Shown piece by piece: positions 1-7,713 of a stretch of DNA of 64,000 bases. Positions within the stretch are counted from its first letter, which is position 1. The number at the start of each line of letters is the position of its first letter. A model generated the notes under the pieces. The model searched no databases. It saw only the letters and a program-made list of their open reading frames with translations, and was not told the DNA's origin. Made by a program: the position numbers and the translations under genes. Source of the DNA: a virus (Duplodnaviria; Caudoviricetes); the IMG/VR virus record IMGVR_UViG_3300031994_000006, positions 96,001 through 160,000 of that record; one strand, written 5' to 3'.

Positions 1-2
1 AG

Positions 3-488
3 GGCGACTGGGCGCCGATTTACGTCATGAGCCAGGCTACGTCGCAGAAGGTCGTATCCAATAAGGAGAAGCCGACGAGATGCACGCCCTGGATGCACTG
101 GTACTATCCGACGACCGTGGGCGCGGGTTCGACCGTATCACAGAAGGCCGGCTCGGAGGCCGTACAGAACAACCAGAAGTACCCGCACTTCGTCAAGTAC
201 GTGTTCATGCAGGACGGTGAGAACAGCGCCAATATGAACGCCGGTACCATCAAGGTATACCACTATGCGATATACGAGCAGAACTTCGCGAACGACGCCA
301 AGTCCGCACAGTTCTTCGCAAACGACGAGTTCGACGACAAGCTGGCTGAAAGGGCCAGGCTGCATAACGCGACAGGCTCGACGACATCCGCATCGCCTAC
401 GGTCCTCCCGGCAGACGGTCTGGGCGTCACCATCAAGTTCATTGATGAGTTCCTGCCCAGGTTCCATGTCATGACGGCGGCCGACTGA
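3..488 (+). CDS. C-terminal part of a hypothetical protein, probably truncated by the window start
   Basis: Frame is open from base 3 to TGA at 488; GC3-rich codon usage like the large structural genes. Confidence 0.75.
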   Translation, partial: GDWAPIYVMSQATSQKVVSNKEKPTRCTPWMHWYYPTTVGAGSTVSQKAGSEAVQNNQKYPHFVKYVFMQDGENSANMNAGTIKVYHYAIYEQNFANDAKSAQFFANDEFDDKLAERARLHNATGSTTSASPTVLPADGLGVTIKFIDEFLPRFHVMTAAD

Positions 489-506
489 AAATAAACCGGA
501 TATCCT

Positions 507-680
507 ATGATTACGACAATCTGCATTCTGATCTACCTCATCTGCGCCTGGGCGGCGTACAGGTACGTTATCTCCAAGTGGAGCCAGCCCAAGTGGGAGA
601 AGGTGATGCTGAGCCTCGCATGGATCCTCATGCTGCCGCTCTACGGAATCAACAAGCTGAACGATATCGACAGGAAATAA
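507..680 (+). CDS. 57-aa two-TM membrane protein (holin-like size and topology), absent from the ORF track
   Basis: Manual translation MITTICILIYLICAWAAYRYVISKWSQPKWEKVMLSLAWILMLPLYGINKLNDIDRK: two hydrophobic stretches and a charged C-terminus, followed by a terminator. Confidence 0.7.
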   Translation: MITTICILIYLICAWAAYRYVISKWSQPKWEKVMLSLAWILMLPLYGINKLNDIDRK

Positions 681-681
681 G

Positions 682-710
682 AAATCCCGGGGAAATCCCC
701 GGGATTTTTT
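682..710. terminator. Intrinsic terminator between convergent genes
   Basis: AATCCCGGGG-AAAT-CCCCGGGATT followed by a T-run, A-rich on the other side. Confidence 0.8.
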
Positions 711-894
711 ATCCTACGCAGTCACTGTCAATCGGGCCTGGAATACCCTCGACGAGATCCTCGTTCTCGCCGTCCGATACCTCCTCATCGACGGACGTCA
801 TCGGGCCGGCGCAGGTTGAAGGCTTCCTGGCCGAACAGCCGAGTTCCCATGAACACCTTTTACACTTGCTGTAGTCTTCAACAGTCTTTCCCAT
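709..894 (-). CDS. Small Cys-containing hypothetical protein
   Basis: Last ORF of the minus-strand run, ends at the terminator. Confidence 0.5.
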   Translation of the reverse strand: MGKTVEDYSKCKRCSWELGCSARKPSTCAGPMTSVDEEVSDGENEDLVEGIPGPIDSDCVG

Positions 895-1501
895 TGTATT
901 GTCTCCTATAGTCTTTTGTTAAATCGCAGTATTTCTCATACAGCTCGTCCTTCACGTTGGGCAGGCCCTCACACTGCTTGAGGTGCTCGTACCTGAGCCT
1001 GAAGTTGAGCGCCATCTTGTTCTCGAAGAAGAGCCGGTTCAGGACCTTGATGGCCCGCACCGCCTCGGTCCCGGTCAGTCCGTCCTCGTAGTTCGTCTGT
1101 ACGAAATGGTACAGCTGTGAATCGAGCATGTCGCCGTCGTCGTCGATGATGACATAGTTCTCGGTATCCGGATGCCGGTCGAGCCAGGTCTGTATCTCGC
1201 CGCCGCGGCCCTGTCCAGAGTACTTCTCATCCGAGAAATACGGTGTGCAGTCATACAGGTTATCCCTGAGCCAGTTCAGCATCGCATTCCTCGGACACCG
1301 TTTGGGCCTGTCGGCTATTTGGGCCGCAGTCGCCTCAGCACTGGGCTCCGGAAATCCGTGACGCCATGACGATGACACCACGATTCTGGCGCCGGTCTCG
1401 TCGACAATCCTCTTGACGTTCCTGATAAGGGACGCCTTCAGGCGCCATCTGGACGACGGTATGGTTATGACCCCGTCGAAGTCAAGAAATATGATTTTCA
1501 T
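878..1501 (-). CDS. HAD-superfamily phosphatase (HAD_SAK_2 / Swiss-army-knife RNA-repair type)
   Basis: Motifs IIFLDFDGV, IVVSSSWR, YVIIDDD. Confidence 0.8.
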   Translation of the reverse strand: MKIIFLDFDGVITIPSSRWRLKASLIRNVKRIVDETGARIVVSSSWRHGFPEPSAEATAAQIADRPKRCPRNAMLNWLRDNLYDCTPYFSDEKYSGQGRGGEIQTWLDRHPDTENYVIIDDDGDMLDSQLYHFVQTNYEDGLTGTEAVRAIKVLNRLFFENKMALNFRLRYEHLKQCEGLPNVKDELYEKYCDLTKDYRRQYNGKDC

Positions 1502-1815
1502 TCATCCTTGTATTCAGGGTACAGGAACCGCCTGATGGCCTCATAGTCCTCCACCAGGTCGTCGGGATCCTTACGGAACCGTTTGCCGTCCCAGTACAGG
1601 TAGTAGCAGTTGACCATTTGTCCGTGTACGTTCTCGCGGATAACGCGGATCAGGATGCCGTCAAAGGTCTCACCTTTTTCCCTGAGTCCGTCGTACAGTT
1701 CCTTGGCCTTGCCGCGGATCTCATCCATTGAGAAACCGTTTCCCCATATGTTGTACAGGGAATTCATTCCTATGACCTTGTCGACGACCTTGTAGAAGTT
1801 ATAATAGCCTTTCAT
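1498..1815 (-). CDS. Hypothetical protein
   Basis: ATGA overlaps with both neighbours. Confidence 0.75.
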   Translation of the reverse strand: MKGYYNFYKVVDKVIGMNSLYNIWGNGFSMDEIRGKAKELYDGLREKGETFDGILIRVIRENVHGQMVNCYYLYWDGKRFRKDPDDLVEDYEAIRRFLYPEYKDE

Positions 1816-2012
1816 CGTTGACGGTTCAATAAGTACTCACCGAGCACGGACATGAAGAATATGATATATCCTGCAGTACCTATCAGGGTCCATCCGTTAT
1901 AAGTATTCATGGCCAGCATGAACAGGTCGAGTATGAACAGTAAGACCGACAGCCTGAACAGGAACGGATATCTTCTGATTCCGTATCTCCAGTATCCTAA
2001 AATAAAATCCAT
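1812..2012 (-). CDS. Small two-TM membrane protein
   Basis: Two hydrophobic segments; in operon. Confidence 0.7.
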   Translation of the reverse strand: MDFILGYWRYGIRRYPFLFRLSVLLFILDLFMLAMNTYNGWTLIGTAGYIIFFMSVLGEYLLNRQR

Positions 2013-2031
2013 ATCTTAAACTGTATTGTAA

Positions 2032-2409
2032 TTACATGAATCCGAAAATCGACGAATAGATGCTGAGACTGTCGACAAGCCCCTTCATGGACTCCTCCGA
2101 CTGCCGCCTGGTCTTGAGCTCGTCCAGGTACGTCCTGAACGCGGGACCACGCTCCTCCTCGGGGAGGTTACAGAAATCCTGCATACGCTCAATCCAGTCC
2201 TTGAACTCCTCGATTTGCTCCCTGAGCCTGAGGTTGGCGTCGATAAGCTCTCTGTTCTTCCGCTCGAGCTCGATGCGGCGGTCCTGCTCACGGTTGAACA
2301 GCGTCTGCATATGCGCTATCTGATCGTCTTTCCGCTGGAGCTGATACTCGAACTGCTTACGGACTCCGTTAATCAGCTGCGCCTTTATCTGCTTCTTCGT
2401 CTCCTTCAT
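2032..2409 (-). CDS. Coiled-coil hypothetical protein
   Basis: Heptad-like charged sequence; ATGA overlap. Confidence 0.75.
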   Translation of the reverse strand: MKETKKQIKAQLINGVRKQFEYQLQRKDDQIAHMQTLFNREQDRRIELERKNRELIDANLRLREQIEEFKDWIERMQDFCNLPEEERGPAFRTYLDELKTRRQSEESMKGLVDSLSIYSSIFGFM

Positions 2410-2849
2410 GATCTTGCCTTATTGATCATCGTATATATGGCGGTATTCATGATATTCTCGAGACGCTGACGGACGCGGTCCATATTCTCAGGCTCGACGC
2501 GGCTGAAATCGAAATCGTAATAGAAGTCCTTGAATACATTGGCGAGCTTCCCGGACAGCTTGACGTATGCCTCGTCCTCCTCCTGCTGGATACGCTGGCT
2601 GTATTCCCAGTCGGTCTCCTCGTGGTACCGGCAGATGACGGCCGTACGATCGACGCCGCCTCCGTTGCCGTAGTGATCCTCCTCACACTCCTCCTCGTCG
2701 ATATCGAGGTTGATGTCCTTCATATCGAGCTCGGGATGCTCGGCCATATACCTGGCGTAAATCTTCGCGGCCTGATTCTCGGCCGGATACAGGACGATGT
2801 TCTCACTGTGTAGCACCTCCCTGACTCTTTTTCTGTTTCTGTCTACCAT
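2406..2849 (-). CDS. Hypothetical protein
   Basis: In operon; AT-rich start context. Confidence 0.75.
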   Translation of the reverse strand: MVDRNRKRVREVLHSENIVLYPAENQAAKIYARYMAEHPELDMKDINLDIDEEECEEDHYGNGGGVDRTAVICRYHEETDWEYSQRIQQEEDEAYVKLSGKLANVFKDFYYDFDFSRVEPENMDRVRQRLENIMNTAIYTMINKARS

Positions 2850-2861
2850 ATTTTAAAATAA

Positions 2862-3104
2862 TTATTCGACTTTATTTTTTAAAACATAATCCCAACTCAC
2901 GCAACGAGTCATTACTTTATCATAAGGGTTGTATCCATTATGTTTAAATACAGTTACATTCTTATATCCTATTCGTTCCAACTCCTTTGCTCTAATTTTT
3001 GCTGAATCGGAATTAGTATAATAACCCATAGCAGATGCCCAAGCCCCTAACGGTTCTCTTACATCATGTGATAATTCATTAAATGCTATAAAATAATTAA
3101 TCAT
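2862..3104 (-). CDS. AT-rich hypothetical protein (likely recent acquisition)
   Basis: Intact ORF, markedly more AT-rich than its neighbours. Confidence 0.7.
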   Translation of the reverse strand: MINYFIAFNELSHDVREPLGAWASAMGYYTNSDSAKIRAKELERIGYKNVTVFKHNGYNPYDKVMTRCVSWDYVLKNKVE

Positions 3105-3154
3105 ATATGGGTCTGATTGTATATTTTAGTATGAATCTTCCTGTCTTTCCCATA

Positions 3155-3832
3155 TCAATAGTCCTTTGACTCGAACGTTATGCACTTACGGTCATGATCT
3201 ATGTCCACGTTCTCGACATCGTAAACGGCCCGTCCCGTGACAGGGACATAGCTGTCGGGAACGGACAGATTAATCTTATAACTGCCGTATCCGGCCTGTT
3301 TGGCCGCCTGCAGCATGTCCAGAAGATCATCAAGCGTCATGTCCAGATCAGTCGCCTTGATATCAAGGACCTTGTCTTGACACAGTTTCTTCAGCTTCCT
3401 GTTCATTATCCTCTTATGCTTCATATACTTGACACAGTGGAAGCAGTCACCTCCGCATATGTAGACGAGCCCGCTCGGCGAGGTCCCGAGGCACATCTCC
3501 CTGAAGTCCCTGAGATCCTTGTCCTCCTTCTCCTTCTTGTCCGTGATCTCCTGTATCGCCTGCATCAGTTTCCGCCTGACCGGCTCATGATCTATCTTCT
3601 CCGGGAAGATCAGGGTGATCATGTCGTCCGGATCCTCGCCGTGGTTCATGACAGCGTCGATGAGCGCGTTCCATGAGCCGTCGAACAGCTCGGAGTCGAT
3701 GACCATCGTCGAGTCCTTGAGGAACAGGAAATTCGCCCGCTCGTACATGATGCCGGGCTTGCGGGCGTACTTGCGGCGCTTCTCCTCCCAGTGGGCGCCG
3801 TGACTCATGTCTGAATTCTTTTCATTCTTCAT
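3155..3832 (-). CDS. Hypothetical protein, first gene after promoter cassette 1
   Basis: 225-aa ORF with a CxxxCxxC cluster; starts 25 nt downstream of TATCTTCGC. Confidence 0.75.
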   Translation of the reverse strand: MKNEKNSDMSHGAHWEEKRRKYARKPGIMYERANFLFLKDSTMVIDSELFDGSWNALIDAVMNHGEDPDDMITLIFPEKIDHEPVRRKLMQAIQEITDKKEKEDKDLRDFREMCLGTSPSGLVYICGGDCFHCVKYMKHKRIMNRKLKKLCQDKVLDIKATDLDMTLDDLLDMLQAAKQAGYGSYKINLSVPDSYVPVTGRAVYDVENVDIDHDRKCITFESKDY

Positions 3833-3856
3833 AACCTTTACCTTTTAAATTATAAC

Positions 3857-3914
3857 GCGAAGATAAGGGTTTTTCCCGGAAATAAAAAATCCTGCAGCGT
3901 TATTCTGCAGGATT
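3857..3914 (-). promoter_or_regulatory. Terminator/promoter cassette copy 1
   Basis: On the minus strand: AATCCTGCAG-7nt-CTGCAGGATT, T-run, 22 nt, then TATCTTCGC (variant of the Bacteroidota -7 element). Confidence 0.8.
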
Positions 3915-3931
3915 CAGTATCCGTTAGTATT

Positions 3932-4477
3932 TCATCTCCCGACAGGGAACATCATGTTCCAGCACCTGTCAAGCACAGCCGTCAGTGTGCGGACGCCCTT
4001 CTCTGATCCGAGGTCGGCAGCGGACATCTTGATATACGATTCAGACTCATTCCGTCCGTCGCCGTCGAAGTAGAGCCAACCGCCCTTCTCCTCATCATCC
4101 CGTTCATAACAGAAGCCGAGCCTGACCGTGTCGTCGTCCATGCGGTCAATCTCCATGGCGACGGAACCTCCCAGTCTTGTATTCCTGTCGCGGCCGGTCA
4201 GGTAGATGTTCTCCTCCGACTCAAACCTGCCGTCTGTCTCCAGATCGGACCAGACCGCCTCGGGCAGGTAGAAGTCGTCCGCCTTGTACGGAATACTCTT
4301 GTCCGTATTGCGCTTCTTCAAGGCCCGCTTGACGCCGTTGCACCAGGAGTATACGGCGGCCTTCAGATCCATGGGGACGGATTCGACCGCGTCGGCGGCG
4401 GATTCCTTCCTGCGGGCCTTGTTGCCGGCCTTGAAGGCCTCCCGGATATCCGGGGCTATTTCATCGAGCCTTTTCAT
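3932..4477 (-). CDS. Hypothetical protein with shared N-terminal leader (candidate internal head protein)
   Basis: N-terminus RLDEI..IREAFKAGNKARRKESAADAV matches that of 6922..7623. Confidence 0.75.
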   Translation of the reverse strand: MKRLDEIAPDIREAFKAGNKARRKESAADAVESVPMDLKAAVYSWCNGVKRALKKRNTDKSIPYKADDFYLPEAVWSDLETDGRFESEENIYLTGRDRNTRLGGSVAMEIDRMDDDTVRLGFCYERDDEEKGGWLYFDGDGRNESESYIKMSAADLGSEKGVRTLTAVLDRCWNMMFPVGR

Positions 4478-4845
4478 AATCTTAAAATATTATTTTCATA
4501 ATTTTTAAAAATCTCTTTATTTTTAAAAATATTTAAAGGTTTTAGTTCTATTAGATTATCTTCTTTTCTAATAATATGATATAAAATTACTGGACAAATT
4601 TCTTCTTTAAACAATTTCCAACTTAATTTAGGATATTGATCAAAAGCTCCTATTTGCTTTATAATAGATTTACCAGTTGAAGGCTCATTAATTTTATAAC
4701 CTGGTTGTAATTCATTTTTATAATAATTATATACAACTTTCTGAGATTTTTGAGATGAAAATAAAATAAATTTATAATCATTCCAATTAATTTCAGATGA
4801 ACAATCTAACTCAAATTCATGAGGTCCGCTAAAAGAAAATCTCAT
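4474..4845 (-). CDS. Extremely AT-rich hypothetical protein
   Basis: 123-aa ORF, ATGA overlap with the next gene, two TATAAATA upstream. Confidence 0.65.
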   Translation of the reverse strand: MRFSFSGPHEFELDCSSEINWNDYKFILFSSQKSQKVVYNYYKNELQPGYKINEPSTGKSIIKQIGAFDQYPKLSWKLFKEEICPVILYHIIRKEDNLIELKPLNIFKNKEIFKNYENNILRL

Positions 4846-4895
4846 TATTTATAATGTTTTTATTTATATAATCAATATATCTATAGTGAATTAAA

Positions 4896-6812
4896 TTAAC
4901 GAATTTGATAACAGTCTGGTAATATATCCCAGAGCTCCTGACGCTCGGTCATGTCCAGGCCTATCTCCTGTGCGATGCGATCATCGTCCCAGTCGTCCGC
5001 AAAGCCCGTGTCGGGCCAGGGGATGTACTTGATGGCATGACATACATGAAATCCATTTCTGAAGGCCTTGACATATACACGGACGAAGTCGGTCATCATA
5101 TAGTGATAGAAATGAAGGGCCTCCTTCTGTGTATTAAACGCAACGAATATACCTGAAATCTTAAAATCGGTATTTTGTTGTACAGGTATACCTATATTTT
5201 TAAACATCAGAGTATCATAATCAGGTGAACCTATATGTTTGTTCTGATCAGTCAGCTTGACAGTCCATTTGTTAATAAATCCTGAATTGTCTTTAATACG
5301 TTTGGCACCACCACGACCACCGTCACCATTTGTAAATGCATAATTATTAAGTCTATTATTTCCGAGTCTCTTACCCTTCTCAATGACAGTTTTCAATATT
5401 GAGTGTCTGTCAGCCTGACTGAAATCTTCTACATTTTCATATGACTTTTTATCTTTACCATCATAAGCAACAGTAAGGCCTGATCCTTTGACGATTCTGA
5501 ATATACCGAGAGTCTGTCCAACATTCGCTCCCTCACCTTGGAACAGCTCAAGTGCGTTCGACAATATGTTCGCGTCACAGTGTCTGTCCTCAAGTATCCT
5601 AACACGTTTGGAGTCGTTCAGGAACCAGGTCGCCGGCTGGATGCTGACGACGGTATCAGCGAGCTCAATCGCCTTTGACAGGAACATCTCGTCGAGGTTC
5701 TGTATAGACGTGGACGTGGACGTCTTCGGGGCCGTATACGGCGGATTCATTATGATATAGTCGAATTTCATGTCTCTCAGTTTTTCGGGAATTTCTGTAT
5801 CGATGCCTTTGATCCAATTTAGGAAACCCGGCACATTAATTATATGCTTAAATTTACACTTAGTCCTATATTCAAGCTGACTTTTTATTGCAATTCTGGC
5901 ATCTCCTGTAAGACAAATGCCCCAGAATCCGTCAGCAATAGTCTGACGATCGATTCCCTGTTCACAGAATTTGTTACAAAGCCTATTGAATATAGTCTCA
6001 ATAATATTCGCATCTTTACAAGCAAAGTCACAGATTTCAACCAGTCCATTATGGTTCAAATCCATATGATTATAATTACGGATACGTCCGAGATTCATTA
6101 TAGGAATTATTTTCTCACTAACAACCTTTTCAGGTGTTGAGACATATTTCATCTCAACAATCCGCTCATCAGTATATCGTCCAAATCTGTTATAAAAGAT
6201 ATGACGAAGTAAATTGGCCTCTATCGATCCAGGCTGGAACTCCATATCAAGATCCCTTGTATATCTCGAATCATAATGCTGAATCATTCCAGACATCTGA
6301 TCTATCGTAATCTGGAGTGACTTGATGAACTCATCAAGGCCTCTGTGAGGAAGACTTTCGATATACTCAGATCCACGACCAAGCTTCTCATCTGAATAAT
6401 TATCTTTTCTATTTCTGGTTGTCTCAGTATTCATTACACTTGCGCATAATTCACGGATGACATCATCAATATGTCCTGTATAATTGGCGCCGAGCGTCAC
6501 ATATCCATACAAATCGTCATTCAGATCATAACCGCGCCAGTCCTCATTGTATGTCGATGAATAGCGAGACTTACATGCCTCTATACACTCATCCTCAGTC
6601 GCATCGGACGGACAATGGGTAAGACCGATTTTAATTTTCTCGACTGTCGGCATCATCTCATAGTCATGATTACAGTATGCCTTCGGCGTTATGAAATAAA
6701 TCAGGGTATCGTCCTTAGCCTTTTTGGCTGGACGGCCTTCTCCGCGTACAGTCCTCTGTTCCATCAGTTCCTGGTACACATCCGACAGTCTGTAGGGCAT
6801 TTTCTCTTCCAT
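4896..6812 (-). CDS. Amino (N6A/N4C) DNA methyltransferase, Eco57I/type IIG-like, with a possible N-terminal T5orf172/GIY-YIG-like domain
   Basis: Motif I-like ICDFACKDAN and motif IV FDYIIMNPPY; N-terminal LIYF..KIKIGLT..R..SEY. Start moved to 6812 because the ATG at 6854 lies upstream of the promoter element. Confidence 0.75.
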   Translation of the reverse strand: MEEKMPYRLSDVYQELMEQRTVRGEGRPAKKAKDDTLIYFITPKAYCNHDYEMMPTVEKIKIGLTHCPSDATEDECIEACKSRYSSTYNEDWRGYDLNDDLYGYVTLGANYTGHIDDVIRELCASVMNTETTRNRKDNYSDEKLGRGSEYIESLPHRGLDEFIKSLQITIDQMSGMIQHYDSRYTRDLDMEFQPGSIEANLLRHIFYNRFGRYTDERIVEMKYVSTPEKVVSEKIIPIMNLGRIRNYNHMDLNHNGLVEICDFACKDANIIETIFNRLCNKFCEQGIDRQTIADGFWGICLTGDARIAIKSQLEYRTKCKFKHIINVPGFLNWIKGIDTEIPEKLRDMKFDYIIMNPPYTAPKTSTSTSIQNLDEMFLSKAIELADTVVSIQPATWFLNDSKRVRILEDRHCDANILSNALELFQGEGANVGQTLGIFRIVKGSGLTVAYDGKDKKSYENVEDFSQADRHSILKTVIEKGKRLGNNRLNNYAFTNGDGGRGGAKRIKDNSGFINKWTVKLTDQNKHIGSPDYDTLMFKNIGIPVQQNTDFKISGIFVAFNTQKEALHFYHYMMTDFVRVYVKAFRNGFHVCHAIKYIPWPDTGFADDWDDDRIAQEIGLDMTERQELWDILPDCYQIR

Positions 6813-6840
6813 ATTACTTTGTTTTATATTTAACTTTACT

Positions 6841-6898
6841 GCAAAGATAGGCATTTCCGACGAAAATAAAAAATCCTGCAGCGTCTTTCTGCAGGATT
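6841..6898 (-). promoter_or_regulatory. Terminator/promoter cassette copy 2
   Basis: Same hairpin, 22 nt, then TATCTTTGC. Confidence 0.8.
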
Positions 6899-6921
6899 TT
6901 GCATTATTTTGTTATATCCGC

Positions 6922-7623
6922 CTATTTCTGTCTGCCGAGGCTATCCGGCCAGATCATAAACGTGTCCGTCAATATGAAATACGTATCACATCCGTATTCG
7001 TCCAGGAACTTCTTGAACATGCCCGCAAGCTCCCGGGGATTGCGGTACAGGTCCCTGGCCTTGTAGATGTATGCCGAGACCGTGGGCCAGTACATATAGT
7101 TTTCCGATGGATCCGTCTCGTTCCACCTGTCATATACGTCGTCCTCACCGTACTTCTCTTCGAACTCCTCGAACGTCATGAACCTTCCGGTATTGTCATC
7201 GTACCGGTAATTCTCCGACGTCTTGTATATGTCGTCCATCTCATAGGCGAAAGTCTTGCCGAAGAACCAGTTGCTGAAGCTTCCATTCTGTATATAGTTG
7301 TCGGGAATTAGGACAGCCATGAACTTATCGCCGTCGATGGTGTTCACCTCGTCGAGTCCGCTCCTCTCCATGAGATCCTGTATGTCCTCGGGTACGCCGG
7401 TGCACCTTCTCTTATTAGAGTCCTCATATATCTCCAGGGTGCCATTCTTATTTCCGTTGTAGTACGTGACGAGCGCCACGTGGAACACCATGTTCGCGTA
7501 GTCGGTCACATCGAAGGCCATATCCTGGACGGCATCCTGTATGGACTCCTTCTTACGAGCCCTGTTGCCGGCATTAAACGCCTCCCACAGAGGCCTGTAT
7601 ATATCCGAAAGTCTAACATTCAT
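6922..7623 (-). CDS. Hypothetical protein with shared N-terminal leader (candidate internal head protein)
   Basis: RLSDI..LWEAFNAGNRARKKESIQDAV; TATAAATA immediately upstream at 7628-7635. Confidence 0.75.
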   Translation of the reverse strand: MNVRLSDIYRPLWEAFNAGNRARKKESIQDAVQDMAFDVTDYANMVFHVALVTYYNGNKNGTLEIYEDSNKRRCTGVPEDIQDLMERSGLDEVNTIDGDKFMAVLIPDNYIQNGSFSNWFFGKTFAYEMDDIYKTSENYRYDDNTGRFMTFEEFEEKYGEDDVYDRWNETDPSENYMYWPTVSAYIYKARDLYRNPRELAGMFKKFLDEYGCDTYFILTDTFMIWPDSLGRQK

Positions 7624-7661
7624 GCCATATTTATAATCCCAGGCGGCCCGTGCCGGTCATT

Positions 7662-7669
7662 GATAAATA
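7662..7669 (+). promoter_or_regulatory. Late-type promoter GATAAATA for the giant gene
   Basis: Resembles T4 late TATAAATA; the same motif recurs upstream of other structural genes. Confidence 0.55.
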
Positions 7670-7713
7670 ATCGGAACTATTGCCGATAAAGGCCTTATTC
7701 TTTTTAGTATATC

